Part shown: in pieces, positions 33,617 to 43,767 of the stretch | How positions within the stretch are numbered: the first letter of the stretch is position 1 | How the letters are laid out: every line of letters starts with the position of its first letter | DNA from: an uncultured Chlamydiae bacterium | GTDB taxonomy: Bacteria; Chlamydiota; Chlamydiia; Chlamydiales; CACLRR01 | Assembly (NCBI GenBank): GCA_902609415.1 | Contig: CACLRR010000001.1 | Span: 6,466-70,465 of the forward strand | Length of the DNA: 64,000 nucleotides | Reading direction: 5' to 3' | The notes under the pieces: model-generated | Seen by the model: only the letters and a program-made list of their open reading frames with translations | Database searches by the model: none | Told to the model about the DNA's origin: nothing | Translations under genes and position numbers: made by a program

Positions 33617-35905
33617 GTCCATTCTCATATCAACCCCCCTAAGCTCTACATTAGAATATATTGTACTATCAAACTCTTGCTCTAATCGATCATAGACTTC
33701 CTTTGAAATAAGAATTTCTCGCTCCTTAGCAGTTGAGCAAATTCTAAAAGCCCTATTTACAGATCTTCCAATTGCCGTATAGTTTAGTCTATTTTTTTCT
33801 CCAATATTTCCAACAATAACTTCTCCTGTGTTTATACCTATGCCTATTTCTAGCCTTTCCAAATCTCTTTCTTCACGTTCATCATTCCATTTACCTATAC
33901 TCCTCATCATCTCTAATGCACAAAGAACAGCTGTCTCAGAAGAATTTTTTGCTTCAATAGGGGCTCCAAAAAGAGCCATCACTTCATCTCCGACATACTT
34001 ATCCACAATACCCCCATGCTGATCAATGACATGCGTTAATTGTGTAAAACATTCATTTAACATCGATACAATTTCAATTGCTGACTTCTGTTCACAGAGT
34101 GATGTGAAATTTCTAATATCTGCAAACAAGACGGTGACCTCCTTAATCTCTCCTCCAAGAGCTATACCCCTCTCGATAATCTGGTCTGCTACTGTCCCTG
34201 GCACCACCTTATGTAATAACCCATCAATTTTCTCCTTCTTCTTCATCTCTTCAACCATAGTAGAAAAGGAAGAACAAAGATCTACAACTTCATCGGATAA
34301 ATCTTTTTTCTGCATTAATTTCTCTAGCTTCACCTGAGATAAATCGCCTTTTGCTACAAGTTTAGCTGCATTTTCTAGACTCCTTATTGGATCTATAATT
34401 GCCTTAATGATTCTATACAGTACAATAACAACCACTAAAAATAAAATTATTCGCATTACCACCATCTGTACAGAGACTAAATGAACAAACTCATTCATCT
34501 TTTCTTTTACTGCCTGATACACACGCCGAAGGAAAATTGTATCATCAACCTGTACAAATTCAATGCCACTATATCTCTCTAATCCTATCGTTTGAAAATA
34601 AATCACTTTCCCTGATTCATCCTTAAAATATCCTTCACTTTTATCTTTTAATTGCTGCGGCAAATCCCCCAATTCTTTACCTACGGACACCTTCCCATTG
34701 TGATATACCAGTAAAACTTCATTGTTATGAATGATTGCAATCTTTTGGTTCATCACGTCTGATAATGACTGAAAAACCTTCTCTATAGAGGCTCCCAATA
34801 CAATACTACCCTCCCTTTTAGAATCATCCGCATAGATTTTCCTTTCCAGGGTTAAATAAAGATTATTCCCCCTCATAAAAAATAGACCCCTATCCCCAAT
34901 ATACTCTATCTCATTGGGTATCAAAACATCCTGCGTAAGGATCCCTTTTACATAACTTCTTCCTTGCTTTGATCTACTCACCTGTATGATCCCACTCGGC
35001 GCACTCTCTGCAAATGGATTAAAATCCCAATATCCACTTGCTAAAATAAAACCCAAATATGTAAGAAGCAATCGTTGATTATAACTCTCTGAAAAAGATT
35101 TTTCAAAGTGATCCTTAGTTCCTATCGACCATTGCACATGATCAAAACTGTTCACATTATTTTTCATCTCAAGCTGTAATTCTACTATCCCTTTCTTGAT
35201 TTTATTACAAAATTCCTGATATGAATTCTCAGTTTGAACTAAGTCAATCAATTCTATTGGTGCATAAGGTAGACGTCGATTTTTTAATACTAAATTCGTA
35301 CTGTCTTGCTTTAATATCTGCTCCTTTGTAAAAATGATATAGTACTCATAGCTTTCTTCATTAGAATCCTTTGACTCCGCAATACTGCTTCTAAAAGGAA
35401 CACCAATATACTCCTCATCACCCTTCCTAAACATTACACGCTCATTACTAACTCCTTTTTCAAAATAATGTACATAAGGTGTATTCAAGATGGTTTGAGA
35501 TGTCATTTTCCCTTCATTTTTGCAAAGAATGTAATCTAAATTATCGTCGCTAAGCATTATAGCACATGAATTACCCCAGGTATTTGTATCATAATTATAC
35601 AGCGTTGGTCCCAAGCGTTTGTGCAAAAAGGGATACTGATGGATCCTGTTTTGTATCATTTCTAGCTTATATAAAATGTCATCCATCCTCTCTTGAATAT
35701 ATTCTTTTGACTTTTTAAGTTCATTTAGATGCATCTCATAAACACTTTTATCAATATATTCACCAATCTTTTTTATATCTTGTTTCAATCCAAAATACGC
35801 AATTCCTACTCCTATTATAAGAGCCCCAATAAATAGAAAAAAAATGTAGGAAAATGTTTTAGTCTGTAACTTCATATTTTCCTCATAACATGTTGAGGAA
35901 AACAA
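33581..35905 (-). CDS. Class III adenylate/guanylate cyclase with two TMs, a large periplasmic sensor domain and HAMP
   Basis: 774-aa ORF. TM1 FSYIFFLFIGALIIGVGIAYFGL, an extracytoplasmic region of about 430 aa, TM2 VVMRIILFLVVVIVLYRII, HAMP-like DPIRSLENAAKLVAKGDL. Cyclase motifs: VTVLFADIRNFTS, VDKYVGDEVMALFGAP, IGINTGEVIVGNIG, YTAIGRSVNRAFRI. The probable start is Met-11 (35875). Confidence 0.88.
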   Translation of the reverse strand: MFSSTCYEENMKLQTKTFSYIFFLFIGALIIGVGIAYFGLKQDIKKIGEYIDKSVYEMHLNELKKSKEYIQERMDDILYKLEMIQNRIHQYPFLHKRLGPTLYNYDTNTWGNSCAIMLSDDNLDYILCKNEGKMTSQTILNTPYVHYFEKGVSNERVMFRKGDEEYIGVPFRSSIAESKDSNEESYEYYIIFTKEQILKQDSTNLVLKNRRLPYAPIELIDLVQTENSYQEFCNKIKKGIVELQLEMKNNVNSFDHVQWSIGTKDHFEKSFSESYNQRLLLTYLGFILASGYWDFNPFAESAPSGIIQVSRSKQGRSYVKGILTQDVLIPNEIEYIGDRGLFFMRGNNLYLTLERKIYADDSKREGSIVLGASIEKVFQSLSDVMNQKIAIIHNNEVLLVYHNGKVSVGKELGDLPQQLKDKSEGYFKDESGKVIYFQTIGLERYSGIEFVQVDDTIFLRRVYQAVKEKMNEFVHLVSVQMVVMRIILFLVVVIVLYRIIKAIIDPIRSLENAAKLVAKGDLSQVKLEKLMQKKDLSDEVVDLCSSFSTMVEEMKKKEKIDGLLHKVVPGTVADQIIERGIALGGEIKEVTVLFADIRNFTSLCEQKSAIEIVSMLNECFTQLTHVIDQHGGIVDKYVGDEVMALFGAPIEAKNSSETAVLCALEMMRSIGKWNDEREERDLERLEIGIGINTGEVIVGNIGEKNRLNYTAIGRSVNRAFRICSTAKEREILISKEVYDRLEQEFDSTIYSNVELRGVDMRMDLYNIRKAKGKS

Positions 35906-35921
35906 AAAAAGACTTTATGAT

Positions 35922-37268
35922 TTGTCTATGAAAAAGCTTACCATCACAGGAAAAAACCCACTTTATGGTTCTATCAAAGCTTCTGGATCAAAAAACTCTA
36001 CAACAAAGCTTCTTGTAGCCTCTCTTCTGTCTAATAAAAAGTCCATCTTCTTTAATGTTCCCAATATTGAAGATGTGCGTATCACTGTAGAGCTTTGTAG
36101 GGAAGTGGGAGCTGAATGCACTTGGAATACAAAAGCTAAAATTATTGAAATTCAAACAAAAGAAATTACTAATAGTGATATTACTCGAAGCTATTCAGGA
36201 TCATGCCGCATTCCAATACTGATGCTTGGCGCTCTCCTAGGAAGAAGTAATACCGATATTAAAGTACCTGCTGTTGGTGGATGCAAAATTGGCCAACGCC
36301 CCTTAGATTTTCATCTAAAATCCCTTACCCTTCTTGGAGCACAGATTGAAACAATCCAAGAAGAGGAAGCCATCTCCTATAGAGCCAAAGTAAAGCAACT
36401 CAGGGGAACTATTATCACCCTAGACTACCCCTCTATAGGAGCCACTGAAAATACTATCTTTGCTGCCTGTAGGGCAAAAGGTTCAACGGTCATTAAAAAT
36501 GCTGCTATTGAATCTGAAATTATTGATCTCATTCTTTACCTTCAAAAAATTGGTGTTAATATTCATATTGATGTAGATAGAACCATTCATATTGAAGAAA
36601 CTACCACCTTCTATCCAACTGAACACACAATCATTCCTGATAGAAATGAAATTGTCTCCTTTGCACTTGCTGCTATTGGCACAAAAGGTAAAGTACTTAT
36701 CAAAGATGCTCAACAATTACACCTAATCACCTTCCTCAATAAACTAAGAGAGGTCAATGGAGGATTTAGAGTATGCAGGGAGGGGATTGAATTTTTCTAC
36801 CAAGGCCCAATTCATGGTGGGCTGCATCTTGAAACTGATGTCCACCCTGGGTTTATGACAGACTGGCAACAACCATTTTCTATTCTGCTCACTCAGGCGG
36901 AAGGCCTGTCAATTATCCATGAGACTGTCTATGAAAATCGGTTTGGCTACACACATGCTCTCAATAAAATGGGGGCTAAAATCCAAACATTTCATAAATG
37001 CCTTGGCTCAAAACCATGTAGATTTCAACATAAAAACTTCCCTCACAGCATTGTGATCCATGGCCCCACCCCCCTATTTGGAACAACAATTAAAATACCA
37101 GACCTACGTGCAGGCTTTGCCTATATCATGGCAGCACTAATTGCTGAAGGTGAAACCACCATCGAAGGTCTTGAATTTATTTATCGCGGATATGAAGATC
37201 CTGAATTAAAACTATCAACCCTAGGTGCTCAGATAAAAACTGTATCAGAAAAGCCCGCTCTCGTGTAA
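35922..37268 (+). CDS. murA: UDP-N-acetylglucosamine 1-carboxyvinyltransferase
   Basis: 448-aa ORF. KLTITGKNPLYGSIKASGSKNSTTKLL; active-site loop VGGCKIGQRPLDFH. The track start is a TTG; the ATG at 35928 is more likely. Confidence 0.93.
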   Translation: MSMKKLTITGKNPLYGSIKASGSKNSTTKLLVASLLSNKKSIFFNVPNIEDVRITVELCREVGAECTWNTKAKIIEIQTKEITNSDITRSYSGSCRIPILMLGALLGRSNTDIKVPAVGGCKIGQRPLDFHLKSLTLLGAQIETIQEEEAISYRAKVKQLRGTIITLDYPSIGATENTIFAACRAKGSTVIKNAAIESEIIDLILYLQKIGVNIHIDVDRTIHIEETTTFYPTEHTIIPDRNEIVSFALAAIGTKGKVLIKDAQQLHLITFLNKLREVNGGFRVCREGIEFFYQGPIHGGLHLETDVHPGFMTDWQQPFSILLTQAEGLSIIHETVYENRFGYTHALNKMGAKIQTFHKCLGSKPCRFQHKNFPHSIVIHGPTPLFGTTIKIPDLRAGFAYIMAALIAEGETTIEGLEFIYRGYEDPELKLSTLGAQIKTVSEKPALV

Positions 37269-37279
37269 TCTCTCAGGCT

Positions 37280-38242
37280 ATGAAACGCTGGCAGGATATA
37301 CATAAGGAGAGCTTTAGAAACATTACCAAGCTCATTAATTTCCTTGAATTAGACAATGAAAATAAAAAAGAAATTTTAAATCTCCCGCTTTTTCCCCTTC
37401 TCCTTCCTTTACGTCTTGCAAAAAAAATTAAGAAAAACTGTCTTAAGGATCCTATTCTCCGTCAATTTATCCCCCTTAATGGTGAACAAATTTCAAATGA
37501 CCTTTTTACAAAAGATCCTGTCGGGGATGTAGACGCAACAAAAGGATGCAGATACCTACAAAAATATCAAGGCAGAGCGCTTTTATATGTCACAAGCGCA
37601 TGTGCAATGAATTGTAGATACTGTTTTAGGCAGCATTACTCTTCTACAGCCTACTCACCTCTTTTCGAAAAAGAGCTCTCTCTTATTAGGGAAAATGAAG
37701 AGATTCACGAGGTTATCCTTAGCGGTGGTGACCCCCTTTCTCTAACAAACAATCAACTATCCTTCCTATTCAAAGAGTTAGACGAGATAGATCATTTAAA
37801 AATCATTCGCATTCATTCTCGTTCTCTAATAGGTCTACCAGAAAGACTAGACCCCCAGCTTCTAATGATCTTTAAAGAGAGTAAGAAACAGATTATCTTT
37901 GTTCTACATACAAATCATAAAAATGAATTTGATCAAGATATTCTAGATGCTCTATTAAAAATCAAAAACCTAGGCATTCCTTTGTTAACCCAGTCTGTTC
38001 TTTTAAAGGGAGTTAATAACAGCTATCAAGCCCTGTTTGATCTCTTTTTCTTTCTTATTAGCCATGGGATCATCCCCTACTACCTACACCAACTAGATAG
38101 AGTCCAGGGTGCAACAGCCTTTGAAGTAGATGTTAGTGAGGGACACAGATTAATCTCTTCTTTAAGAAAATCCCTTCCTGGCTACGCGATTCCCTCTTAC
38201 GTTCAAGAGATCGCATCAGAGCCCCACAAAACACCCCTCTAA
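37280..38242 (+). CDS. KamA-family radical SAM protein (lysine 2,3-aminomutase-like, EF-P beta-lysylation EpmB type)
   Basis: 320-aa ORF. CAMNCRYCFRQ (CxxxCxxC), SGGDPL. Size and layout are typical of EpmB/YjeK. Confidence 0.82.
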   Translation: MKRWQDIHKESFRNITKLINFLELDNENKKEILNLPLFPLLLPLRLAKKIKKNCLKDPILRQFIPLNGEQISNDLFTKDPVGDVDATKGCRYLQKYQGRALLYVTSACAMNCRYCFRQHYSSTAYSPLFEKELSLIRENEEIHEVILSGGDPLSLTNNQLSFLFKELDEIDHLKIIRIHSRSLIGLPERLDPQLLMIFKESKKQIIFVLHTNHKNEFDQDILDALLKIKNLGIPLLTQSVLLKGVNNSYQALFDLFFFLISHGIIPYYLHQLDRVQGATAFEVDVSEGHRLISSLRKSLPGYAIPSYVQEIASEPHKTPL

Positions 38243-38246
38243 TAGT

Positions 38247-40004
38247 TTACATTTTTTGTAACGTTGCAATTCCTAAAATCCCAAGGCCTTTTGTAAGAAC
38301 TGCCTGTACTTGAAAGCACAATGTCAAACGTGATGACTCTTCTTTTGATCCAATAATTGGACAACGCGTATAAAACCTATGAAACGCTTCTGCAAGTTCA
38401 TATAAATAATCAGTTAATCTATTAGGCATAAGGTCATTTGCAATAGTATGTAAAACATCACTAAAATTAAGTAACAGAAGAATAAGCATTCTTTCTTCTT
38501 CTCTCTTGATAGGATCATCTTCAGTCAGAGTCACCTTTGAAAAAGTAGAAAAACAGCCTCTTTTAAGCACGCTATTGATACGAACAACTGCATACATGAT
38601 ATAAGGAGCAGTATTTCCCTCAAAAGAGAGCATCTTATCATAATCAAAAACATAGTTCTTTATCCGATTATTGGAAAGATCCGCATATTTTACAGCCCCA
38701 ACACCTAAGATTTCGGCAGCTTGTCTTAATTCTTCTTGATTTGCAAAAAGGGTTGAATCCTGATATTGTCGCTTTTGCAATATTATTTCTGCCCGTTTTA
38801 TTGCCTCGCGTAGTAAATCAATTAATTTTTCTGTATCTCCACTTCTTGTCTTAAATTTCTTTTTATCCTTCCCAAGGACAAGCCCAAACTGCACATGATC
38901 AAAACGCTTATTTTCAGAAAAACCAAGTTTGCAAGCAAGTGCAAAAACCATTTTAAAGTGTAGCTCCTGACCAATGTCAGTTGCAATAATAATTCTTTCA
39001 ACTTTATCTTTAGAAAAACGGTACTTAAATGCCGCTATATCAGTAGTTGCATAGTTATAGCCACCATCAGACTTCTGGATCATAATCGGTAATTCACTAC
39101 CAGATTTACTCTTAAATTGATCACCCAAGAAAACGCAATTAGCCCCATCACTTTCTTTTAACAGAGATCTCTCTTCACAATCACTAACAACTTCTGGAAG
39201 TAGTGCTTGATAAAATGATTCGCCTCTTTCCTGAAGCCCTTTAATATTCAATAGATCATAAATTTCTCTATATCCCTTTCTAGAAATTTCACAAATCTCA
39301 TTCCAAATGGATGTTGCTAGTTTTTCTCCCTTCTGCAAGTTGACCACTTCCAACCTTGAAGCCTCTTTAAAATTCTCATCTTCATCAAAACAGACTTTTG
39401 CTTCTCTGTACCATTTCGTAAGGGCTTCCAATTTTTGTCCGTGAATATGAGAAAGCGGATTTTCTCCATAGAGCTTTTTCATATAAGTGATTAACATACC
39501 AAACTGCGTACCAAAATCTCCGATATGATTGAGGCGAAGAACATCAAAACCTAGTACTTCTAAGATGTTACCAAGAGTGTGGCCAATGATTGTAGATCTT
39601 AAATGGCCTACATGCATCTCCTTTGCTATATTTGGTGAAGAGTATTCAACAATAACCCTATCAGGAGTTACAGCCTTTTTAATACCAAGATCTTTGTCTT
39701 CAATAACACTATTGATCTCTTCAAGTAACTTCTGATCCTTAAGAGCAATATTAATAAATCCAGGTGGAGAAAAAATCACTTTTTCAATCAATCTTCCTGC
39801 TCTAGAGTCCCCATTAACAACCTCTATGATTCGCCTTGCACTATCTTCTGGAGAGCATTTCAAAAGCTTTGCGCATTGAAAGATATTATTACACTGGAGA
39901 TCCCCAAAATGTCCTTCCTTAGTAGGATTTAAAATAGGAGTGATTTCTAACACTAATTTCTTGAAAACATCATCAAAAAGCTGAGCTAACTCTTCTTTGT
40001 ACAT
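38247..40004 (-). CDS. argS: Arginine--tRNA ligase
   Basis: 585-aa ORF. SSPNIAKEMHVGHLRS (HIGH region), KFKTRSGDT (KMSKS-like), C-terminal anticodon-binding DALR-like helices. TAATG overlap with the upstream gene. Confidence 0.95.
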   Translation of the reverse strand: MYKEELAQLFDDVFKKLVLEITPILNPTKEGHFGDLQCNNIFQCAKLLKCSPEDSARRIIEVVNGDSRAGRLIEKVIFSPPGFINIALKDQKLLEEINSVIEDKDLGIKKAVTPDRVIVEYSSPNIAKEMHVGHLRSTIIGHTLGNILEVLGFDVLRLNHIGDFGTQFGMLITYMKKLYGENPLSHIHGQKLEALTKWYREAKVCFDEDENFKEASRLEVVNLQKGEKLATSIWNEICEISRKGYREIYDLLNIKGLQERGESFYQALLPEVVSDCEERSLLKESDGANCVFLGDQFKSKSGSELPIMIQKSDGGYNYATTDIAAFKYRFSKDKVERIIIATDIGQELHFKMVFALACKLGFSENKRFDHVQFGLVLGKDKKKFKTRSGDTEKLIDLLREAIKRAEIILQKRQYQDSTLFANQEELRQAAEILGVGAVKYADLSNNRIKNYVFDYDKMLSFEGNTAPYIMYAVVRINSVLKRGCFSTFSKVTLTEDDPIKREEERMLILLLLNFSDVLHTIANDLMPNRLTDYLYELAEAFHRFYTRCPIIGSKEESSRLTLCFQVQAVLTKGLGILGIATLQKM

Positions 40005-41101
40005 TAAGCCTCACTCAATGCATATTTTAATCTATGCTCTATAATCCTCTGAGCAACAGCCAACGGAGTTATATCACTCTTTTTAGCAATTTCATAGAGC
40101 GCAATAAGTCTATTGTAAATATTGACCACCTGATCTCTAGCCTTTTTGGGAGAGTACCCTTGCGGCTGCACCTCGAATGCTGCATTAATCAAACCACCTG
40201 AATTTACAATAAAGTCTGGTGCATAGATGATCCCCCTTGAAGCAAACTGGTCTGCAGAAAGGGGACTATTTAGTTGATTATTTGCCGCACCTACAACCAT
40301 TTTAGCTCGTATTCTATCTATATTATTACTAAAGACATTACCCATAGCACACGGTGCTAATATATCACAAGGTTCATACAGCACATCTTTACAGTCTACT
40401 GCTGTAGCTCCAAACTTCTGAACAATGTTCTCTACTTTTTCATTATCCAGATCAGCGACCACAATTTCTGCCCCTTCCCAATATAAAAGCTCTGCAAGTA
40501 GTGTTCCTACAACTCCAGCTCCCTGTATGACAACCTTTTTACCTTCAAGTGATGTTGATGTATTCAAATAAAAATCTGTCGCCTTCATAGAATAAAAAAC
40601 GCCATAAGCTGTATGAACACTTGGATTACCACTACAACCACTCTTTTCTAATCCCACTACAAAATCAGTCTTTTCATTAATAATAGCCATTTGTTGAGGA
40701 GTCGATCCACTATCTTCTGCACAATAATATTTACCTTCAAATAAATTTACAGCATGAGCAAAAGCATGTAACTGATCCTTTGAAAGACCCTTTTTGGGGT
40801 CTGCAAAAATTACGCTTTTCCCTCCCCCAAGACCTGCTTCAATTCCTGCAGCCTTATGCGTCATACCAATTGCAAGTCTCTTAACATCAAAAAGCGCATC
40901 TTCAAAGCTAGCATAAGGATAAATCCTAGTCCCTCCGATTGCAGGGCCAAGATGGGTACTATGAAGAGCAATAATTGCTTTTAATCCGCTCTTTTTTTCT
41001 GTAATATATAATATCTTTTCAAAATCTATTTCATTAATTTCTTCATAATTCAATTCAAATTGCATACTAATTCCAATGATTTTTTCAAAAAACTCTATCA
41101 C
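40004..41101 (-). CDS. Leu/Phe/Val (Glu/Leu/Phe/Val family) amino-acid dehydrogenase, leucine dehydrogenase-like
   Basis: 365-aa ORF. SGLKAIIALHSTHLGPAIGGTRIYPY, GLGGGKSVI, GAGVVGTLLAELL. The track start is a GTG. The ATG at 41065 (MQFELNYEE..) fits known N-termini better. Confidence 0.88.
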   Translation of the reverse strand: MIEFFEKIIGISMQFELNYEEINEIDFEKILYITEKKSGLKAIIALHSTHLGPAIGGTRIYPYASFEDALFDVKRLAIGMTHKAAGIEAGLGGGKSVIFADPKKGLSKDQLHAFAHAVNLFEGKYYCAEDSGSTPQQMAIINEKTDFVVGLEKSGCSGNPSVHTAYGVFYSMKATDFYLNTSTSLEGKKVVIQGAGVVGTLLAELLYWEGAEIVVADLDNEKVENIVQKFGATAVDCKDVLYEPCDILAPCAMGNVFSNNIDRIRAKMVVGAANNQLNSPLSADQFASRGIIYAPDFIVNSGGLINAAFEVQPQGYSPKKARDQVVNIYNRLIALYEIAKKSDITPLAVAQRIIEHRLKYALSEA

Positions 41102-41204
41102 TAAAGATCAGAATACTGCAAGGAGATATTTTTACTCCTTGCGGATAAACTCCCATCTACGGTACCCTTCTTGGCTAAAAAGTGCACATAGTAATTGAGG
41201 TTTT

Positions 41205-41957
41205 ATGGCAAAAACACTGTCCACAGATTCTATCATTCAAGACTTAGAAGCGTTTCTTAAACGTCATAGAAAAGCTAATCTAATCACCACCTACCTATTT
41301 TATTTAGAAAAAAAGTTTAACATTCAACCAATTGTTTTTATTCCTGAAAGGAAAATTTACGAAAGTCACGAAAACCTCCTACAGACCCTTGAGAAAGAAG
41401 ATAGGCTCTATAGAGAAACCGAAATCAAAATTCAGTTCTCTGTTTCAAGTGTTAATAAAGACACAAAACGTATCTATATCTGCCCCTTCTCCGGTAAGGT
41501 CTTTGGTGACAACACACATCCCAACCCACAAGATGCTATATATGACTGGGTTTCTAAGTGCAAAGAAAACACACTCCGTGAAAACGGAATGCGTGTAAAA
41601 AAGTTTCATATTTCTGAGGATCCAGAAATTATAGCCTCCTATATACAAAAGGAGAGAGAAGGGATTGTAAAAACTGTCTTTTCATCCAAAATCACTAAAA
41701 AACTTTTTGCTAACAAGAAAGCAATCAAAAAAGAAATTGAGGATAACTTTATCCAGCCAATTGAGCTAAAAGATGTCCCTATGCAAAATAGATTTGAAAT
41801 TGAAGATAAGTTCCTCGAGTATATCCAAAACCAGCTAGAAGAAGATCATGTCTCTACCTTTGTAGAGAGCCTATCTCCTTACCCATACTTTGAAAAGCAT
41901 ATAGAGCGCTGGAGCAAGGAAGCTGAAGAAGAAGCCTCTGAAGAAGAGGATAGCTAA
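41205..41957 (+). CDS. Hypothetical protein with acidic C-terminus
   Basis: 250-aa ORF ending EAEEEASEEEDS. No motif confidently recognised. Confidence 0.55.
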   Translation: MAKTLSTDSIIQDLEAFLKRHRKANLITTYLFYLEKKFNIQPIVFIPERKIYESHENLLQTLEKEDRLYRETEIKIQFSVSSVNKDTKRIYICPFSGKVFGDNTHPNPQDAIYDWVSKCKENTLRENGMRVKKFHISEDPEIIASYIQKEREGIVKTVFSSKITKKLFANKKAIKKEIEDNFIQPIELKDVPMQNRFEIEDKFLEYIQNQLEEDHVSTFVESLSPYPYFEKHIERWSKEAEEEASEEEDS

Positions 41958-41965
41958 CACCTGCT

Positions 41966-42412
41966 GTGTCTTTACTCCTGCCCAACCCTACTACTACCTC
42001 TTCGCTTCAAAAAACAGAGGAATTAGCACTCCTATTTGCTAAACAGCTTAAAGCGGGTGACATCCTTTTACTTGATGGGGACCTGGGTGCAGGCAAAACA
42101 ACTTTTTCAAAATTCCTAATAAGAGCTCTCGTAAATACAAATATTGATCAAATAAAAAGTCCTACCTTTAATACTATGAATCTCTATGAGAGCCACAATC
42201 TTAGCTGTGCCCACTTTGATCTTTATAGGATAACAACTTTAAAGCAATTTCTAGCGATGGGCCTAGATGAATTTCTTTTCTCCTCTTATATCTCAATTAT
42301 TGAATGGCCAGAAATTATTCTCCCCCTTCTCAAAGTACCACACTACCACCTATCAATTGCCCATATAGCACCAAACATACGTAGATTTTCACTTAGGGAA
42401 AACCACATATGA
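41966..42412 (+). CDS. tsaE: tRNA threonylcarbamoyladenosine (t6A) biosynthesis ATPase TsaE
   Basis: 148-aa ORF (GTG start). LDGDLGAGKTTFSK Walker A in the YjeE/TsaE context. Confidence 0.85.
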   Translation: MSLLLPNPTTTSSLQKTEELALLFAKQLKAGDILLLDGDLGAGKTTFSKFLIRALVNTNIDQIKSPTFNTMNLYESHNLSCAHFDLYRITTLKQFLAMGLDEFLFSSYISIIEWPEIILPLLKVPHYHLSIAHIAPNIRRFSLRENHI

Positions 42413-43029
42413 TCTCCTTTAAAGATGCTAAGTTTCTTATGTCTACCCCTAACAAGGACCACCCAAAAAGTATTCTTGGTGATAAACAAATTCCCGAAAT
42501 CTGCTTTATTGGAAGATCTAATTGTGGAAAATCTTCCCTTATTAACTCTCTGACCAACCGTAAAAAACTTGCTAAAACATCGTCTACTCCTGGGAAAACA
42601 CAAGATCTTGTCTTTTTCCAAATAGACAACAAACTTATACTTACAGACCTGCCAGGATATGGTTTTGCCAAGAGAAGTAAAAAGACTAAAAAGAAGTGGA
42701 GAGAGATGATTAATCACTATCTTACAACAAGAGAGTCTCTTTTCTGCATCTTTCATCTCCTAGATAGCAGACACCTTCCATCTGCACTAGATATCGAATT
42801 TATTCAATCTATTCAAGGTCTCAACCTTCCCATTCTTTTTATCCTTACCAAGATTGATAAGGTGAAAAAAAGTAAACGCGCACATCATGTTTCTCAAATT
42901 ATACGTGTAATAAAAGAAACAACAGGAGACAATAAAGCAGATCACATCATCTATAGCACTAAAGAAAATATAGGCCGTCAACAATTAATACAGGATATTA
43001 ACCAAAGGGTTTTAGATTGGGACTACTAA
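42409..43029 (+). CDS. engB: Ribosome biogenesis GTP-binding protein YsxC/EngB
   Basis: 206-aa ORF. FIGRSNCGKSSLIN (G1), DLPGYG (G3), TKIDK (G4). 4-nt overlap with tsaE. Confidence 0.9.
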   Translation: MISFKDAKFLMSTPNKDHPKSILGDKQIPEICFIGRSNCGKSSLINSLTNRKKLAKTSSTPGKTQDLVFFQIDNKLILTDLPGYGFAKRSKKTKKKWREMINHYLTTRESLFCIFHLLDSRHLPSALDIEFIQSIQGLNLPILFILTKIDKVKKSKRAHHVSQIIRVIKETTGDNKADHIIYSTKENIGRQQLIQDINQRVLDWDY

Positions 43030-43766
43030 AACAGGATCATTTTATCTGCCTTGATTGTGAAACCACAGGTCTTTCATTTGAGACCGATGAAATCATAGAA
43101 TTTGCTGCCGTTAAATTCACTTTTAAAGAAAAAATTGCTGCCCTTGAAACCCTCGTTTCCCCCTCCATCACTATTCCTCAAGAAAGCATCGACATCCACC
43201 ATATTACAAACGAGATGGTAGAAAACTCACCACCAATTTCTGAAGTTTATGAATCCTTTATCGAGTTCGCTGGAGACCTCCCCATCGTGGGTCATAACAT
43301 CTCTTTTGATATTACTATGCTGCAAAAAGCGGCAGAAAGACTTAAAAAACCAAAACCCCTAGTGAAAAATATCCAGATAGACACCTTACGTCTTGCTAGA
43401 CTCTATGCAGAAAGCCCCGTCAATTCTTTAGATGCTCTAAGAAGACATTTTAATATTGAAGAACAAGGAGCTCATCGCGCTATGAATGATGTGGTTGTTA
43501 ATATAGACGTCTTCAAACGATTAACTACTAAATTCATTACCACTGAAGAGATCATTAAGCGCCTTAAGAAACCCATCGCCTTAAAATTTATGCCTCTTGG
43601 TAAATACAAAGGGCGCACTTTCGAGGAAATCCCAATGAACTACCTCCATTGGGCTAAAAATCAAGATTTTGACCAGGATCTTATTTTCTCTTTAGAACAA
43701 CAATGTAGAAAGCGCAAAAAAAAGCAATCCTTTCTCGCTGCAAATAATCCATTCAAGGACCTGTAA
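43017..43766 (+). CDS. DEDDh 3'-5' exonuclease (DnaQ/epsilon-like) with C-terminal DUF3820-like domain
   Basis: 249-aa ORF. FICLDCETTGL (Exo I), GHNISFDITML (Exo II), HRAMNDV (Exo III). C-terminal MPLGKYKGRTFEEIPMNYLHWA. Confidence 0.85.
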   Translation: MGLLKQDHFICLDCETTGLSFETDEIIEFAAVKFTFKEKIAALETLVSPSITIPQESIDIHHITNEMVENSPPISEVYESFIEFAGDLPIVGHNISFDITMLQKAAERLKKPKPLVKNIQIDTLRLARLYAESPVNSLDALRRHFNIEEQGAHRAMNDVVVNIDVFKRLTTKFITTEEIIKRLKKPIALKFMPLGKYKGRTFEEIPMNYLHWAKNQDFDQDLIFSLEQQCRKRKKKQSFLAANNPFKDL

Positions 43767-43767
43767 A

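Noticed and set aside
41118-41142. 8-bp inverted repeat GCAAGGAG-N9-CTCCTTGC in the divergent promoter region between the Leu dehydrogenase gene and 41205..41957
   Set aside because: An 8-bp stem with a free loop length is expected many times by chance in this window. It could be an operator, but there is no supporting evidence.
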